A stretch of 63,808 nucleotides of DNA, filler included, from Craspedostauros australis (lineage: Eukaryota): NCBI GenBank assembly GCA_030167865.1. It is 13 parts of 13 records of this genome, joined end to end, with 100 filler letters (N's around TTAATTAATTAA, not from the genome) between each part and the next. Parts side by side here need not be neighbours in the genome. Positions count along the whole stretch, not along the records: positions 34,043 to 50,949 come from JALAGF010003562.1; positions 51,050 to 54,538 come from JALAGF010003563.1; 11 more parts are not named here. One strand, written 5' to 3'. The notes under the pieces are model-generated. The model saw only the letters and a program-made list of their open reading frames with translations, had not been told where the DNA came from and did no database searches. Below are positions 40,001 to 52,818 of this stretch, piece after piece. The number at the start of each line of letters is the position of its first letter. Within the stretch, counting starts at the first letter, position 1. The position numbers and the translations under genes are program-made.

Positions 40001-40889
40001 TTTCTCACACCGTATCTTACGCCTCACACTTGACTCAATTTAATTCAACAAACAAATGCACGTGCGCGCATGCACAGTCCCTGGATTCATGATCGCGTTC
40101 GGCGCGAGACTCGACGCAGCAAAGCGTCTCATGGTGGACTATGGCAACAAGGCCGACGAGATCCACAATGCACCCACGAAATGGTACGAAGGTTACTTCG
40201 TCCCGCTCATGATCGCGTACGCCATCGGTCTGGCCTTCGCCAACCTGGCCGTGGTCCTGATGGAACGAGGACAGCCGGCGTTGTTGTACATCGTACCGTG
40301 CTGCCTCCCCACCATGTTCTTCCTCGGCCGTCACGAACTGCGCGACTTGTGGGAAGGTGCCAGACCCATCATGCTGGCCGAGAAGTACATGGTGAAGCAG
40401 GAACGGGCATGGAATCGCCAACGCATGCAACGCCAGCTGGATCGCTGGAAGCGCAAGAAGGCCAACGCTGAAAATCAGCTGGAAGACGAGGACGATGATG
40501 GCGATAATCGCCGACAACGCCCATCATCGCACAATCGCGAGATGCCCGGCCATCGGCAACCGCGATCCTCTCACAACCAACGACCCGACGACGAACAACA
40601 TCCCGAACCACGCGACGAGGACATCTGCATCGAACGTAAGGCCCATTCCGGCACGCAGGCATTCCGCCGTACCGTCCGTAACGTGGCCAAGTCCAATGCC
40701 GACACGCGGTTCGGCCCCGACATCTACAAGCAGATCTTGCATCGGCTGCCTGGTCGCAAGTTCTTCCACGTCGTCGACGGATACTACGTCGATGGGTACG
40801 ATGCCAATTGGGTGCCCATGGCGAAGCGCGAGATGATCAACATCGTCGCGAAGTATTACGAAGAAGAGCGGGCGAAATTCGCGTCGTGA
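37014..40889 (+). CDS. Signal peptide peptidase-like protease (A22B, SPPL2-type with PA domain). Exons 37014-39577, 39773-39894 and 40078-40889.
   Basis: Signal peptide, PA domain (VPRGQCTFERK) and YD motif (FFYDIFFVF). LGLGDIVLPG is restored by splicing, and GQPALLY is present. The start could alternatively be 37047. Confidence 0.93.
39707..39768 (+). repeat. (CATT)n microsatellite in SPPL intron 1. Other microsatellites: (TTC)n 19539-19568, (GA)n/(CAT)n 36601-36648, (CT)n 62673-62701, (CACAC)n 63207-63250.
   Basis: Direct inspection. Confidence 0.9.
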
Positions 40890-41491
40890 TTGGTGCGGAG
40901 TATTCAATTTGGCATTATGATTTAGAGCAATTGGTCAGCTTTTCTACCACGCAGCAACGGTCTTCTCTCATTCGCTGGTGCTTTGGTTGTTGCTTTGGTG
41001 AGTGGATGAATGAGTTTGTGCCAGGTTTGGTCTTGTCGGTGGGTGTTTCTTGTTGTGCGTTTTATCTATCTCAAAGACGATAGAATTCAGTACTTGATCA
41101 GTCCTTCGTGACGTGAAGAGAGCAACTGACAATCGCAAAGATCGGCCATGACGAAATCTGACCGTTCCACACCGTCGCAACGAAACATCGTGTGAAGGTA
41201 TCGGAAGACACACAATCGCATGATCATTGTGCACAACAGTGGAGGACGACCTACTACACACTCTCTCACAATACGAGCCACGCCACTTCACTCCACTGTT
41301 ATAGTAGCAGAGTTGCAGTGCATTGCCACGTGCTGTGTCGTCATCGTTGGCAACATCCTGATCAGTGTAGTCTCGGGTGGTTGAGCTTCTCACAAAGAAC
41401 GCACGAAAGGCGAAGGCAGTCGCAGACACGGACACGGTCGCAACAGTGGAGCTCTGGACGTGCAACACAAACAAGAAAGGAAGGAAGAAAG

Positions 41492-44400
41492 ATGCCACCA
41501 CCACCACCACCACCTCCCCCTCCGCCGCCGCCGCCGCCGCTGCCGATGCCTCGGCCAGGAACATCTTTTCCACAGCAACAGAGGCCACAGCAACAGCAAC
41601 ATCAACAGAGGTCATTTGCGGCAGGACCGGCTGGGGGCTTCTCTCCGCCACCACCTCCTCCTCCACCATCCAACCACATGAGTGCTGGTGCGATCAGGCC
41701 TGCCGTGCATGGTGTTCGACCAGCTCCACCACCGCCACCATCTCAAATTGGCCATGCAGCACGTCCGACCTTGCCACAAGGCAACACGCGAAGCTTCGCT
41801 CCAAGACAAACGGGCGCTTTCGTTCCACCTCCGCCTCCCCCGCCGCCATCATCATCACGCATCAACATCAACACCAACATGAACATGAACGTGAATATGG
41901 GGATACCGCAGGCACCACCGCCACCCCCTTCATTCCAGCAGCATCGCCAGCCTCCAGCACAGATGCAACCACCCATGCAGATGCAATTGAATCCACCACC
42001 ATTGCCTCCTGGCCAACCATCTCAGCAATACGCGGCTCCGACAACACCGATGCCTCCACCTGGACAGCCATACATGCAACAAAGACCAGCCTATCCACCT
42101 CCAAACGCAACTGCTGCGATGCCACCGCACCCCACGAGTCGTGTTTATCCGAGTGCCACGCCAACACCGCCTGCACATGCAACCGCCAATTCGATGTCAA
42201 CTGCTGCTCACGCGAATACAACGCACTCCTTCCACCCACCGCTCTGCACAAGACCCCAGGACCACGTGCCAACGTACCTCCCGAAGCAGGCCCTAATGTC
42301 GTCGGAACCGGCACGTTACAGCACGGGCGATCTCGTCACGGGCATTCCTCCTCCGCCGGCCGATTCACGATTCCTCGTCAAGGACGATGGCAATGCATCA
42401 CCGCGCCTGGTGCGGTCCACGGTCTACGCCGTTCCCAAAGACCGCGCGATCTGGCGTCAAGCAGGAGAGATCGACATGGCCGTCATGTGCTCGCCGCTTG
42501 CTGATATCTCTGCCGGGTACGTGCATCCCAAAGGCGTGCAAGGTGAATGGACGGATCCTCACGCGGTTCCGACGGATGTCACGTCGGTTCCCACCGAACC
42601 GCCGAGGTGCACGCGATGCATGGGCTACGCCAATTCCTTCTGGACGACCGGATCCACGTGCAACTTGTGCGGCGCCAACAACCCGAGTGTGCTGCCGGGC
42701 ATCGGGTCGAGCTTGGGAACGGTGGAGTACGATGTTTCCGGTCCCTACTGCACGCGCGCGTCGCCTGTCCGACCCGTCACCGTCCTGTGCATCGATCTCA
42801 CGTGTCCCAGCATTCGCAATTACATGCACGTCGTGGAGCAGTTCGTGTGGGAGTATTCAACCCATTATGCGAGGCAGGCCAACGTGCAGACGCCGCGATT
42901 TGGTGTCGCCTTCTGTTCGGCGGCCGGCGTGTACCTACCGCACAAGTCCGCAGCGGGTGTGGATGGATTCGTCGTGGCGCCCGATGTCAAGGATGATCCA
43001 TTCTGTCCATCGCCCATTGAGGCATGGACGTTTGCCATCGGCACGCAAGAGGGCATGGACGAATGGAAGGCCTTCATGCAGCTGTTGAAGACGGGAGACG
43101 ACGTCGACAGCAACGAAGGCTACCTCAAGCGCCTCGTCAAGCAAACGCACGACATGAGCAGACCGCTGCGCGCCAATAAGCAGGCACGAGGATACGCTCT
43201 GACCTGCGGAGGTGCGGCCATTGGATTCTTGGTGGATGCGCTGAAAACGTCCGGCGGTCGGGCGATCTGGTTGTCGTGGAGGCGTCCCAATTATGGCATC
43301 GGCAATCTGTCCGACATGGAGACCATCAAGAACGTCTACAAGGTTGCTGAAACGTCCACCTACACACCATTCCAGAACATGAAGCAGCCGCTGTCCCCGT
43401 CGCAGCAAAACTCGGCGGCCTTCTATCACAAGCTCGCGCAGGAATGTGCCAAACATTCCGTCGTTCTCGATGTTCTCATCCATCATTCGTCCGGTCCGCA
43501 ATCCTTCGTGGGAGTGTCCACCCTCGCTGAACTGTGCCGCATATCGTGCGGCCGCTTCGTCTGGATTCGTGGTGATGCCCAATGGCGACAGACCATGCTG
43601 AAGGAACTGCTGCGACCCATCCTGTGCTACTCCGGTTGGGACGCCGTCTTCAAGGTCCGCGTCAGCCGCGGCATCCAAATCAAACAATTCTATGCCGGCA
43701 ACGTCGGCAATCTGCGCGAGAATGCCGGTCTGCTCACGGAGACGCCCGAATTGGAGCTTGGTTGCGTCACGCCCGATACGCAGATCATGGTGGAGTTCGA
43801 GCACAAGGTCGGTGGATTGCCACGCAAGGACCGCACTGTCTTCATCCAGACGGCATTGCTGTACACGAACGCCTACACGGGACAGCGCAAGGTCCGCGTC
43901 TCCACCTTGGCGTTGGCCATTGGCAACACGCCCGCTGAAGTGCTGCAATCGATGGATTTCGGGTGCTTGACATCGATCATGTTACGACAATCGATGCTGC
44001 CGTTGTTGCAACCGACCACCGAGCAGACGCAGGCCAAGGCGTTGCAAACGTCCGCGCCGGCGTTGATGGAACGATGCAATCGGCTGATGGCATGTCAACG
44101 CAAGTACGCATCGGGCGCAGCCAAGAATTTGGAGGTGAGTTTGTTGTTGTTGGCTCTGTGATTGCGATGTCACGTATGTACAGATGTTGGTGTGGTATGA
44201 TACAATACGATGAGAGACGAACTCCTTTTTGCTGACTTCCAACAATCCCAATCCGTTCCATTGTCTCTGGTGCTCCGTTCCTTTGTTCCACGTACCATGC
44301 ACTCCATTTATTCACCACGCTCGGACAGACTTTGCCGCTGTTTTGCATGGGCGTCATGAAGAGCGCTCTGTTGCGCCCATGCTTGTCACGACGAACGGCG

Positions 44401-45066
44401 TCCGTCGCCACGCAGATGGCCAACCCACGCGGCGACGAACGTGCGTATGCCTTGTTCCATGCGACCACAGCATCGTCACCTGCCACGGCACTGATGTTGG
44501 TGTGCCCAACAGTCTATCCAATCTACCTGCGTGACAATGACAACAGCCAACACGGCCAATGGATGACACCACCTGCTGCGAACAACCAAAGCAACGATCC
44601 ATTCGACCAAGTTGCATGTTCACTATCCGTCACATTGCCCACGCCGTGTATTCCCAGCATGACAGCGCTGCAAGATGATGGCATGTACATCATCGATGCC
44701 GGAGCACTGCTGTATGTCTACATCGGACGCGATGTGCCCAACGAAGAAACGCAAAACATCAAAAACACCTTGATCGATCCGCAGGGCCATTCCGACACGC
44801 AGTTTGGACGTCTCCTGTGGCAACTGCGCATGTTCTCCAGCGTCGGACCTGGCACGGAGCTTGGTGGTCCCATGGTGCATTCCATGCGTCCCACCGCTGC
44901 AGCCGTCGTCGTGGTGGCACAGCGCGATGGGATGGAATCGAGGTCGTATCAGGACATGGGATACCATCTCATCAACGATGCCGCGCCGCATTGCAAGAGT
45001 ATGTCCAACTTCGTGCAGGACATGCAGCAGCAGGTGTCCGTGAAGCTACAGCAGAATCGCATATGA
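41492..45066 (+). CDS. SEC24: COPII coat protein Sec24 (C/D-like). Exons 41492-44134 and 44329-45066.
   Basis: Pro-rich N-terminus, DDGNASPRLVRST, zinc finger RCTRC...CNLC, trunk domain, beta-sandwich (FIQTALLYTN...RKVRVSTL), and helical and gelsolin regions. Phase-0 GT-AG intron. Confidence 0.93.
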
Positions 45067-45305
45067 TGTGCCATTGCGATGGTAATGTACGTAATGCCAT
45101 GGCATTCGGGAGTGCCCATTGGTCCAGATTTTGCTTGTATGCATATCATTGTGCATTGTAGTGTAGGTTATGGTTCTTTTGTTGTTAGTGTTGTTGTTAG
45201 TGTTAGTTCTAAACATATTGGTAGTTGCTCCTATCACTTCATTCCAGAGGTGTTGGGGGACAGAGCGACAGGAGGGTGCGAAGATGATGTCAATGCGCCT
45301 TGTTT

Positions 45306-45343
45306 GTCAGTTGCGCGCCAACCATTGGCGTGCGCAACGTCAT
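45306..45343 (-). promoter_or_regulatory. Candidate SECIS element core in the SelK 3' UTR
   Basis: The minus strand reads ATGAC GTTGCG CA CGCC AA TGGTT GGCG CGCAAC TGAC: an AUGAN/NGAN quartet, a 10-11 bp helix, and AA 12 nt after the core. Confidence 0.7.
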
Positions 45344-45537
45344 TCTACCGACTCTTGCAGGCTGGTGTGGTTTCATCATACAGTCATACTCATCATCGAG
45401 ATAGACCAGCGATGTCTCCACACGACGCCTTTACAAGAGTCGAGTCAAGTCATCGAACGAAGAAGACCCCATGATATCATACATCAAGGAAACTTCATCA
45501 TCTTCTGGCAGCCATGCACTTCAAGGAGTGGATGGCA

Positions 45538-46028
45538 TTAGCTGCCTCACCCACCCATGCGTGCTTCTGCGTTGCCTTGCAGATTCTTCATGCCGCGGAT
45601 GTTTCTACCTGGTCGTCGATTCAAACCTCTGTTGGATGGGCCGCTGCGGTTGCCCGACGATGATCCCCATCCGGCGGACTGTGGCGATGCAAGGAAGAGT
45701 GCAGGAAGAACAATGATGCAGTGAGTACGCTGTGTTCGTGACAACACCCCGGTGGGAATAACATGATGGAATCGATCACCAGCGCGACACAACATGACAT
45801 CGCATGATATGATACTCTATCCATAGAAACATATAATATAATAGGTATTATACGAATACAAGGCCCATCGCAACGCACCGTGCTCTGTGATTGCAGCCTC
45901 TGCGGAGGATTGGTGACAGCAGTCACAAACAGAGCGAAGAAATTGACGATCCCCATGAAGAAGTCCGTGATCGTTCGGACCACGCCTTTCGGTCCGCCGA
46001 CCGTTCCGTTGGAAGATATGTACGGCAT
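45538..46028 (-). CDS. SELENOK: Selenoprotein K (96 aa). Exons 46028-45879 and 45678-45538; Sec codon TGA at 45547-45549.
   Basis: N-terminus MPYISSNGTV, one TM helix and a Gly/Arg/Pro-rich tail ending MGG-U-GS-stop, matching the SelK terminal pattern MxGGUGR. Phase-0 GT-AG intron. Confidence 0.88.
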
Positions 46029-46572
46029 TGTTTTCTTCTGAATGCTTGATCAATGGATTGATTGATTGATGTGGATGGTTTGATGGCGTTGGTTCTTGCT
46101 CAATGCGACTTTGGGAATGGAAGTGTGCGATGTCTGTTGTCGTTTGTGTGTTCGTTGCGCTTTGCCACTGTTGTTCTGCAGTCGAAATGTGCTGGTTTGG
46201 TCTTTTTCTGCGAGTTTCGTTTCTTGTCGTGGTTTGCGCCGCAAATTAGAGTTCCAATAATGCACTATGTCGAACAGAGACTGTAAAATATGAGCATTTT
46301 CGTAGACTATTGTTACAGAGAAGCGAAAATTAGGCATATATACAACAAGTGGGATTTGTAAAGAGCTTCCTGCAGCACCGACAACAACAACAACGAGATC
46401 TGGTGCATTTGGCATGTCGCGAATGTTCATCGCTCAAATTAGCACTCTATCGGTACATCAACTCATCTCCCATCAGACCAGCGCTTCCAGCCACACTCTT
46501 GTCAAGGGACACACAACGAAACGGAGGCAGAGGACCACGATACGAAGACACGAAGGAGGAGAAGAGGACACA

Positions 46573-47801
46573 ATGAACATCAATCGACCGCCACAGAACA
46601 TCCTGGATCGTCCGTTGGGAGGCAGAGGGTCAAGGTGAGCCGTGGTGATCTCTCCAGAGCAGAGCCTTGATACTCTCTGCCATGCTTCCTGATGTCTCGT
46701 CTTGCCTGCATGCTCGTACCTCGCCACGGATACCACATGACGCTTGCGTGCTTTGATTATTCATATCTTCTGTGATCTCATCGTGTGCTTGTCATTGCCT
46801 ATTCCTCTCTCTCTCTTTGTCTCCATCTGTGATTCTTCTTGCTTACCTACATGCATGCGCCCACTATGCTCTGACGATGCTCCCACCACCACCACTCCCG
46901 ATCAACTACAGCCGAGGCACTGGCGACCAGACCGTTTCTCTCTCAGGATTTGCGTATCTGTACTCCGAGCTGGTGCAGTACCATCAGAATCATGTGGATA
47001 GCATCTCCGAATTGGAAAGGCGGCTGGAATCGTCCGGATATGGAGTTGGGTTGAAGATCTTGGAATTGTTGGCGTATCGTTCCAGAGAGGTGAGATAGGC
47101 AATTCATTGATGCATGGATGGATCAAACGCACGCGCAAATCCATATGAAGTGGGACACTCGACTAGGGTGGTTGGTTGGTTGATCACACGATTTGAGGCA
47201 AACACGGATGATCCCTTTTGGCTGCAATCCAATTGTACTCATCTTTCATTCCTCCTATTGCTTTGCGCCATCGCTTCACTGAATCTTGCGAACGATCCAT
47301 GCAATCCTCTCTGCCCCAAACAACCACCGCCATGCAAAGACGAGACGCGAGATCCGCCTCATGAATATTCTGCAATTCGTATCGACGCATGTTTGGAAGT
47401 CGCTGTTTGGGAAACCAGCCGATTCGCTGGAACGTAGCATCGACCACGCGGACGAATTCATGATCATCGACAACGAGCCACTGACGTCGACCTTCATCAG
47501 CGTCCCGGCCGATTTCGGACAGCTCTCGGCTGATGCCTACATGAGCGGCATCATCGCGGGCATCCTGGCGGGCGCTGGATTCCAAGCCCGCGTCACGGCG
47601 CACAGCGTGGAGCAATCGGAATTGCAGCTGCAGGAGCAGCAACGGCAGCACGCGCTGACGTACGCCTTGGCGTCGGCGGCGACGTCAACCTCCAGCACGA
47701 TGGATTTTGCGACGTTGATGCCGGTGCGGTCGGAGAAGGCTGTGTTTTTGGTCAAATTCTCGCCGGAAGTGCTGAGTCGGGACGCGTCGATGGATCGGTA
47801 G
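46573..47801 (+). CDS. TRAPPC5: TRAPP complex subunit 5 (Trs31). Exons 46573-46634, 46912-47089 and 47340-47801.
   Basis: NILDRPL, VSLSGFAYLYSELVQY, LESSGYGVG, VWKSLFGKPADSLERS, GFQARVTAH and LVKFSPEVLSRD. All joins are in frame and GT-AG. Confidence 0.93.
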
Positions 47802-48145
47802 AACTGATAGTCGCAGTGATGATGATGGTGTTGACGATGGTGATAGCATGGACTTGGAGTGGACCTCTTTGGCGGGATTGTGTCATCGGGAAAGGACAGA
47901 GTATGGTGGGTGCGCCTACGACTCTGTGGAGCTTAGCAATCGTTTCACTTCAACAGGTCCTGCGCCATACAGCATCGTATGGGAGACGATCACAACGCAC
48001 GATGGTGACCATCGACAGATTGGTCCACATGTAGTACAACAGGGAAGAGTGCCATTGATATGGTCATCATTTGTATGTATTACGGCAGCACTACTCGTAT
48101 TGCTATACTTGTAACATGCACCAGATCCCTTCTTCAAACTCTTCT

Positions 48146-49372
48146 TCAAACACCAGAAAGCGTGGCCCAACCCAACATGAGATCTCCCGTCTTGTCGTGA
48201 TGATAATGCTGTGCATCCTTGGACCAAATCATCCCCTTCTTCATGAGGAAGTACTGCGCCGAATCGTGCGTGCACAACTCGATCATGTCGTCCGGCGTTT
48301 CCGGTATGCTCTCCCACATGCGATGATCCAGATGATCGTACTCGAACATCGCCTGCTCGGCGTGATGCCAGTGCATGGCCTTGAGGATCGGGTTGCTGGT
48401 GCGTTCCCATTGCATCATGGCATCGTCGTACTGTTGCATGCAATCCTCCATCCGGACATAGAGCTGGTGTTTGGTCGGCAATCCGACATGCTCCAAGCCT
48501 TGCTGCGACCAGATGGGAAATGACATGTAGATGCATCCCGAGTGAAGGACGGCCGAATTGCGTTGGTGGGTCCGATCGATGTCGATGGCGCACACGAGAG
48601 TCCCGGCCGGCTTGTCCTTGATCCAGCAAATCTCCCAGGAGGAACATGAAGGTGGAGATTCGAGCGATTGTGGTTGAATCGGCCGAGTGATGGTTGGCGT
48701 GGACGTTGCGTGGTGGTGTGCCGTTGTCGAAGAATACGTTTGTTGGTGATGATGATGATCTTGCTCGTGTGCCAGTCGGAATGATGGTGCATCCGTTTGC
48801 AGCAGCTGCTTGGGTCTAACGTACTGCGTCCCATCTAACGTGACGTACTTGCCTGGCTGGGTAATGCTGCATCGCATCGAACCGGATGACATCTGTGGGA
48901 TGCTCCCATGGGCACCGGGCATCCAAGGCAATCGATTCTCGTCCATGCCAGACGGACTGCCGTGAGATGCATGCTGCGGAGTGGAGGATTGCGCACGCAG
49001 CTCGATCACCATGTCATCCACTGTGAGCGTAGATCGGTCATCCTGTTGATGTTCATTGAGGTCCATGCGCACACGGAATTGCCTCCTTCTATTGTTGGAC
49101 GCAGCACTGTGGCTGTCGTGACTGGAAGAATGTGCAGCGTCATGCTTTGCCGGTGAGCATGGAACGGCCGCTGTATGTGATACCGAGGAAGTGATGCACG
49201 CCACGAGATCCTGGATCTCTGCATGAGGTTGCACCAACGCTGGGTTGTGGAGGTGGAGCTGGTGCTGGATGAAGTCGCCAAGGAAGGCGGATGCGATTCC
49301 GGCTTTTAGTGCTGTCACGCACAGCACCGTCGCCATGATACGATCATTCGTACGTTGATTGAAAAGCTTCAT
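48146..49372 (-). CDS. Hypothetical protein, probably plastid-targeted
   Basis: ORF of about 408 aa from ATG 49372 (or 49336). A hydrophobic stretch ends in ASA|FL, resembling the diatom ASAFAP motif. The C-terminal half looks globular. Confidence 0.6.
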   Translation of the reverse strand: MKLFNQRTNDRIMATVLCVTALKAGIASAFLGDFIQHQLHLHNPALVQPHAEIQDLVACITSSVSHTAAVPCSPAKHDAAHSSSHDSHSAASNNRRRQFRVRMDLNEHQQDDRSTLTVDDMVIELRAQSSTPQHASHGSPSGMDENRLPWMPGAHGSIPQMSSGSMRCSITQPGKYVTLDGTQYVRPKQLLQTDAPSFRLAHEQDHHHHQQTYSSTTAHHHATSTPTITRPIQPQSLESPPSCSSWEICWIKDKPAGTLVCAIDIDRTHQRNSAVLHSGCIYMSFPIWSQQGLEHVGLPTKHQLYVRMEDCMQQYDDAMMQWERTSNPILKAMHWHHAEQAMFEYDHLDHRMWESIPETPDDMIELCTHDSAQYFLMKKGMIWSKDAQHYHHDKTGDLMLGWATLSGV

Positions 49373-51049
49373 GGCAACGCTGGTGCAGATGCAGAGAGGA
49401 GGGGGAGATTGTATTTGTGCGTTTGTGCCATCACAAATAGTGCAATGTGCTCTCTGGGCGACGTCCACTTCCAAACTGCCCATCATCACCTCTGACAGCT
49501 CTCACGGCTTTTCGTCCACACCGCAACGCAACTCTGCCCACTCTCTCGACGTCTCTTTGCTTTGCCTTGGCCATCACAAAGCCATCCCCTCCACATTTGT
49601 TGCTCCTTTGTCGACATCAAGTGCATTTGTTCTTCACTTCCTTTACGTTTCCCACAATGAGATGAGCCGGTTCTCATTGATTGATTCGTTGAAGAATTCG
49701 TGCGGCCGTATCTTTTCACGATTTCTGGTTGGTGTCTGCCATCTGTGGCGACATCTGTCGTGTCCGAACCGATCGAGGGATTCTTGCGTGATGATGTCGG
49801 TCATGATGGGTGAGCGCAACATCCAGGGACACACGGGAAAAGGGTCGAGCTAGTCCATTTGTGTTTTGGCTGACCCAGACAATCAAAAATTGATGTGTTG
49901 AAAATGGGCGGTTTCTGAAAAAAAATTAATAGAAAGTTCCGTACTCCTACTTTCGTTATTGGGGATTCTTCGTGGTCCCAGGTTCCAGTTTCATTATTAG
50001 TGGGAGAATTGAGGAGAAATCCCGAAAATGACCGTGACATTCCTTATTTTGATTTTGGGTGCATGTAGTTCGTACTTGGCTGGTCTCTTCAGTCCACATG
50101 TCATGTGAAACGAAAGTAGCGTCTGAAAAGCCCTATCAATTGAAGAAGCGAAGTACTCATCCGCCCCCCCCAAGAAGTGTCTCTATCTGGTTGTGTTGGA
50201 CCCTACTACTCGTCACATTTACATCATCATTGTCTATACAAGCGCGCTGGTCGCGATTGTTTCCATCAATGCATTTCTCATTCTCATTTTTTCATAGAAG
50301 TGCGCTGGGCCCAATACGGTTTCACTTTTTGTTTCGCCGCATCAGTCCCAAAACTCGTCAAGCACCGAGAGTGATCGAAGCCGTGCGTGATGCGGAACCA
50401 GAACACGGGCCCCATCCTCCCTCACCAGGGAATGCCCTTCACAACCCTCAATTTAGCACACCCAAGCCCTGCAATGTATGCGTGACTATCGTTGACGCAA
50501 CAGAAAACTTGGATTGTTCTCTTCTATTACCCACCAGATGGACAATGGAGCCGAATTGTTTGCGATGTAACTTGGTCGTACTTCAGGTCAACAGCGCCAT
50601 GAATGGTAAGTGGACTCGCGAGTCCGCCCACAGCGAAGTGGATTCACCAGTCTCGAAGAATTCCTTGGGGGGCAGTTCAAAATGCAATAATTGGCTCTAT
50701 TTCATAGCGTTTAAGTCATAAATTGCTTGTTTCCGCCTAGTTCTTATCCTCGACGGAANNNNNNNNNNNNNNNGTTCTTTTTTGGATAATTGGTGCTTTC
50801 CCCCCAAAATTCGCCCGAGTTGCTTTCGCTCTTCGTCATTGCTCCATTTCCCCACTTTACACTGTGTCGGTGTTTGCTGCGCGTGTTTTCGTCTCCGGTC
50901 CGCGCAAAACAAGGCTGCTGTCTTGGGCCAGCACAGAGCACACAAAACTNNNNNNNNNNNNNNNNNNNNNNNNNNNNNNNNNNNNNNNNNNNNTTAATTA
51001 ATTAANNNNNNNNNNNNNNNNNNNNNNNNNNNNNNNNNNNNNNNNNNNN

Positions 51050-51524
51050 CGTCCCAATGCTGTCGCCCACCACCAACACCCTGAGCTACCACATGAACCG
51101 CATCTCCTGCCGTTCCTGCCCCGTCGGCTTCCTGCGATGGTCGTGGAAGGCATACTTGCAGCTACCAAACACCGGCAAGGAAGAGGAAGACGGAAGCTTC
51201 GGCATGGACTCCGCGATGAAGGCGTGGAAGGAATCTCCAATCTACCACAACAAGACCCTGCGTCGCCTGTGTGATCCGTTGAGGGAGGGCGGTGTTCCGT
51301 TTGCAGCATTGAAAGATCTTCCCATCTTCGTTTCCACCAACACCGCCGATCCGTTGCATGACGAAGGCAAAGAATTGGCTGATCAGCTGCGCGCCAACGG
51401 TTGCACCGCGGTGGAGTATCATGAGCACCGTGGCAGCCACTGCATCGGGTACGCCGTGGATGCGAATGCGGAAGAGGATCGGCTGGTGTCTTACAGTCGT
51501 ACAATGTTCGGACATGGGAAGTAG
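51050..51524 (+). CDS. Last exon of the HSL-family hydrolase, second copy (identical protein to 34043-34517)
   Basis: Identical translation. The 3' flanks diverge after about 51650 versus about 34645. Confidence 0.85.
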
Positions 51525-52818
51525 GTATGGTATGATGTAGTTGAGCGAGGGAGAAGTATCCTTGAGGGAAGAAGCGGTGTCACATGTTGTGCAAGGCAAC
51601 GAATAGAAAGAATAGTACAATTAGTTCGTTTATTTTTGGAGCGCTTCGACTTCGAGCGGAGGACAAGAACAGCAACCTCATTTCTGGGGTTGGAGCGAAA
51701 AGGCGATACAGTCCGTACGGAAGAGGCTTACGCACAGAGCATTACCCGCTGATCGCGATGGCATGGATCGACTTGCCGAGTCGCCCTTCGATGAACGAGC
51801 GCCTTGGAGAAAGCCTTCCACCGATCCTACTACGACTTCTTCCAAAGTCAAAGATCAAGTACCGATAACAGGAAGTTCATATCAAAGATCTGAATTCACA
51901 AGTCATCACTTCACCCATGGTACAAGATGTTGTTCTGCGCTCTCAAGACATCAAAGATACTCGTCTGCAGATAGTGCGCTCAGAGTGCATTACAGAGCGC
52001 GACGTCAGTCTGCTCCGAGGCGTCCATCGGCATCTCAAGACAACGGCCCTCCATGGAAGGGGCGAACACATTGGGACTTGTGGAAAGAAAAATGGCACCG
52101 GTGCACAGAAAAGAAGCCACTATCGCAGAAAGGTGATGTGACAGAGTTGTTTGGAGATTGATTGGCACACTCGATGTGATGCGCGAGATTGGGTAACGAT
52201 GCGTGTCCGCGCCATTCGTTGGCATCGCCCGTTGGGAGCACCGGTAGAAGGCGGATCGCCATTGCATTGATCCTGGTCGCAAAGGTGCACGTTTCCGTAC
52301 TTATGTCCACTTGTCGTGATTCGGACAATGGCGCTGTGTTGGCTGTTCGATGTATCTGTCTTGTGACCGCAGAGCATCACTTGTTCCCGATCCAGTCACC
52401 AACCAAAGCATGCGATGTTGTGACATTCGCGTGAAACAGTGACAGGTGGCGATGATCACATTTCTTCTTTTGCGAACTTTGTGAGAGAACGAAAGGGAGC
52501 ACTGTTCACATGTCCACACGAACTCCTGCGTCAAAGCCTCTGCCAGCCTGCACGAGCGCCCGTCATCACAGCAGACAAGAAGAGTGCTCGGCTCTGGTTT
52601 GCGAGTGCGAAGAGGGCACGCGGAGGAAGACAACCCAAGTGACAACAGTGACAGCAACAGCAACCGTGCGGGTGTCACATCAACAAACAACAGATCTCAA
52701 AAACAAAACAAACAGAACACAGCAGCATCTCAAGCTCACAACATAATGAGACTGACCAACATCAATAGCAGCACACACAGCTCAATACAAGCAACATACC
52801 AGAACCCAACAAGAAAAG

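Noticed and set aside
37014..47801. SPPL, Sec24, SelK and TRAPPC5 as a functional secretory-pathway gene cluster
   Set aside because: These are ordinary housekeeping genes. Co-location may be chance and cannot be supported without synteny or co-expression data.
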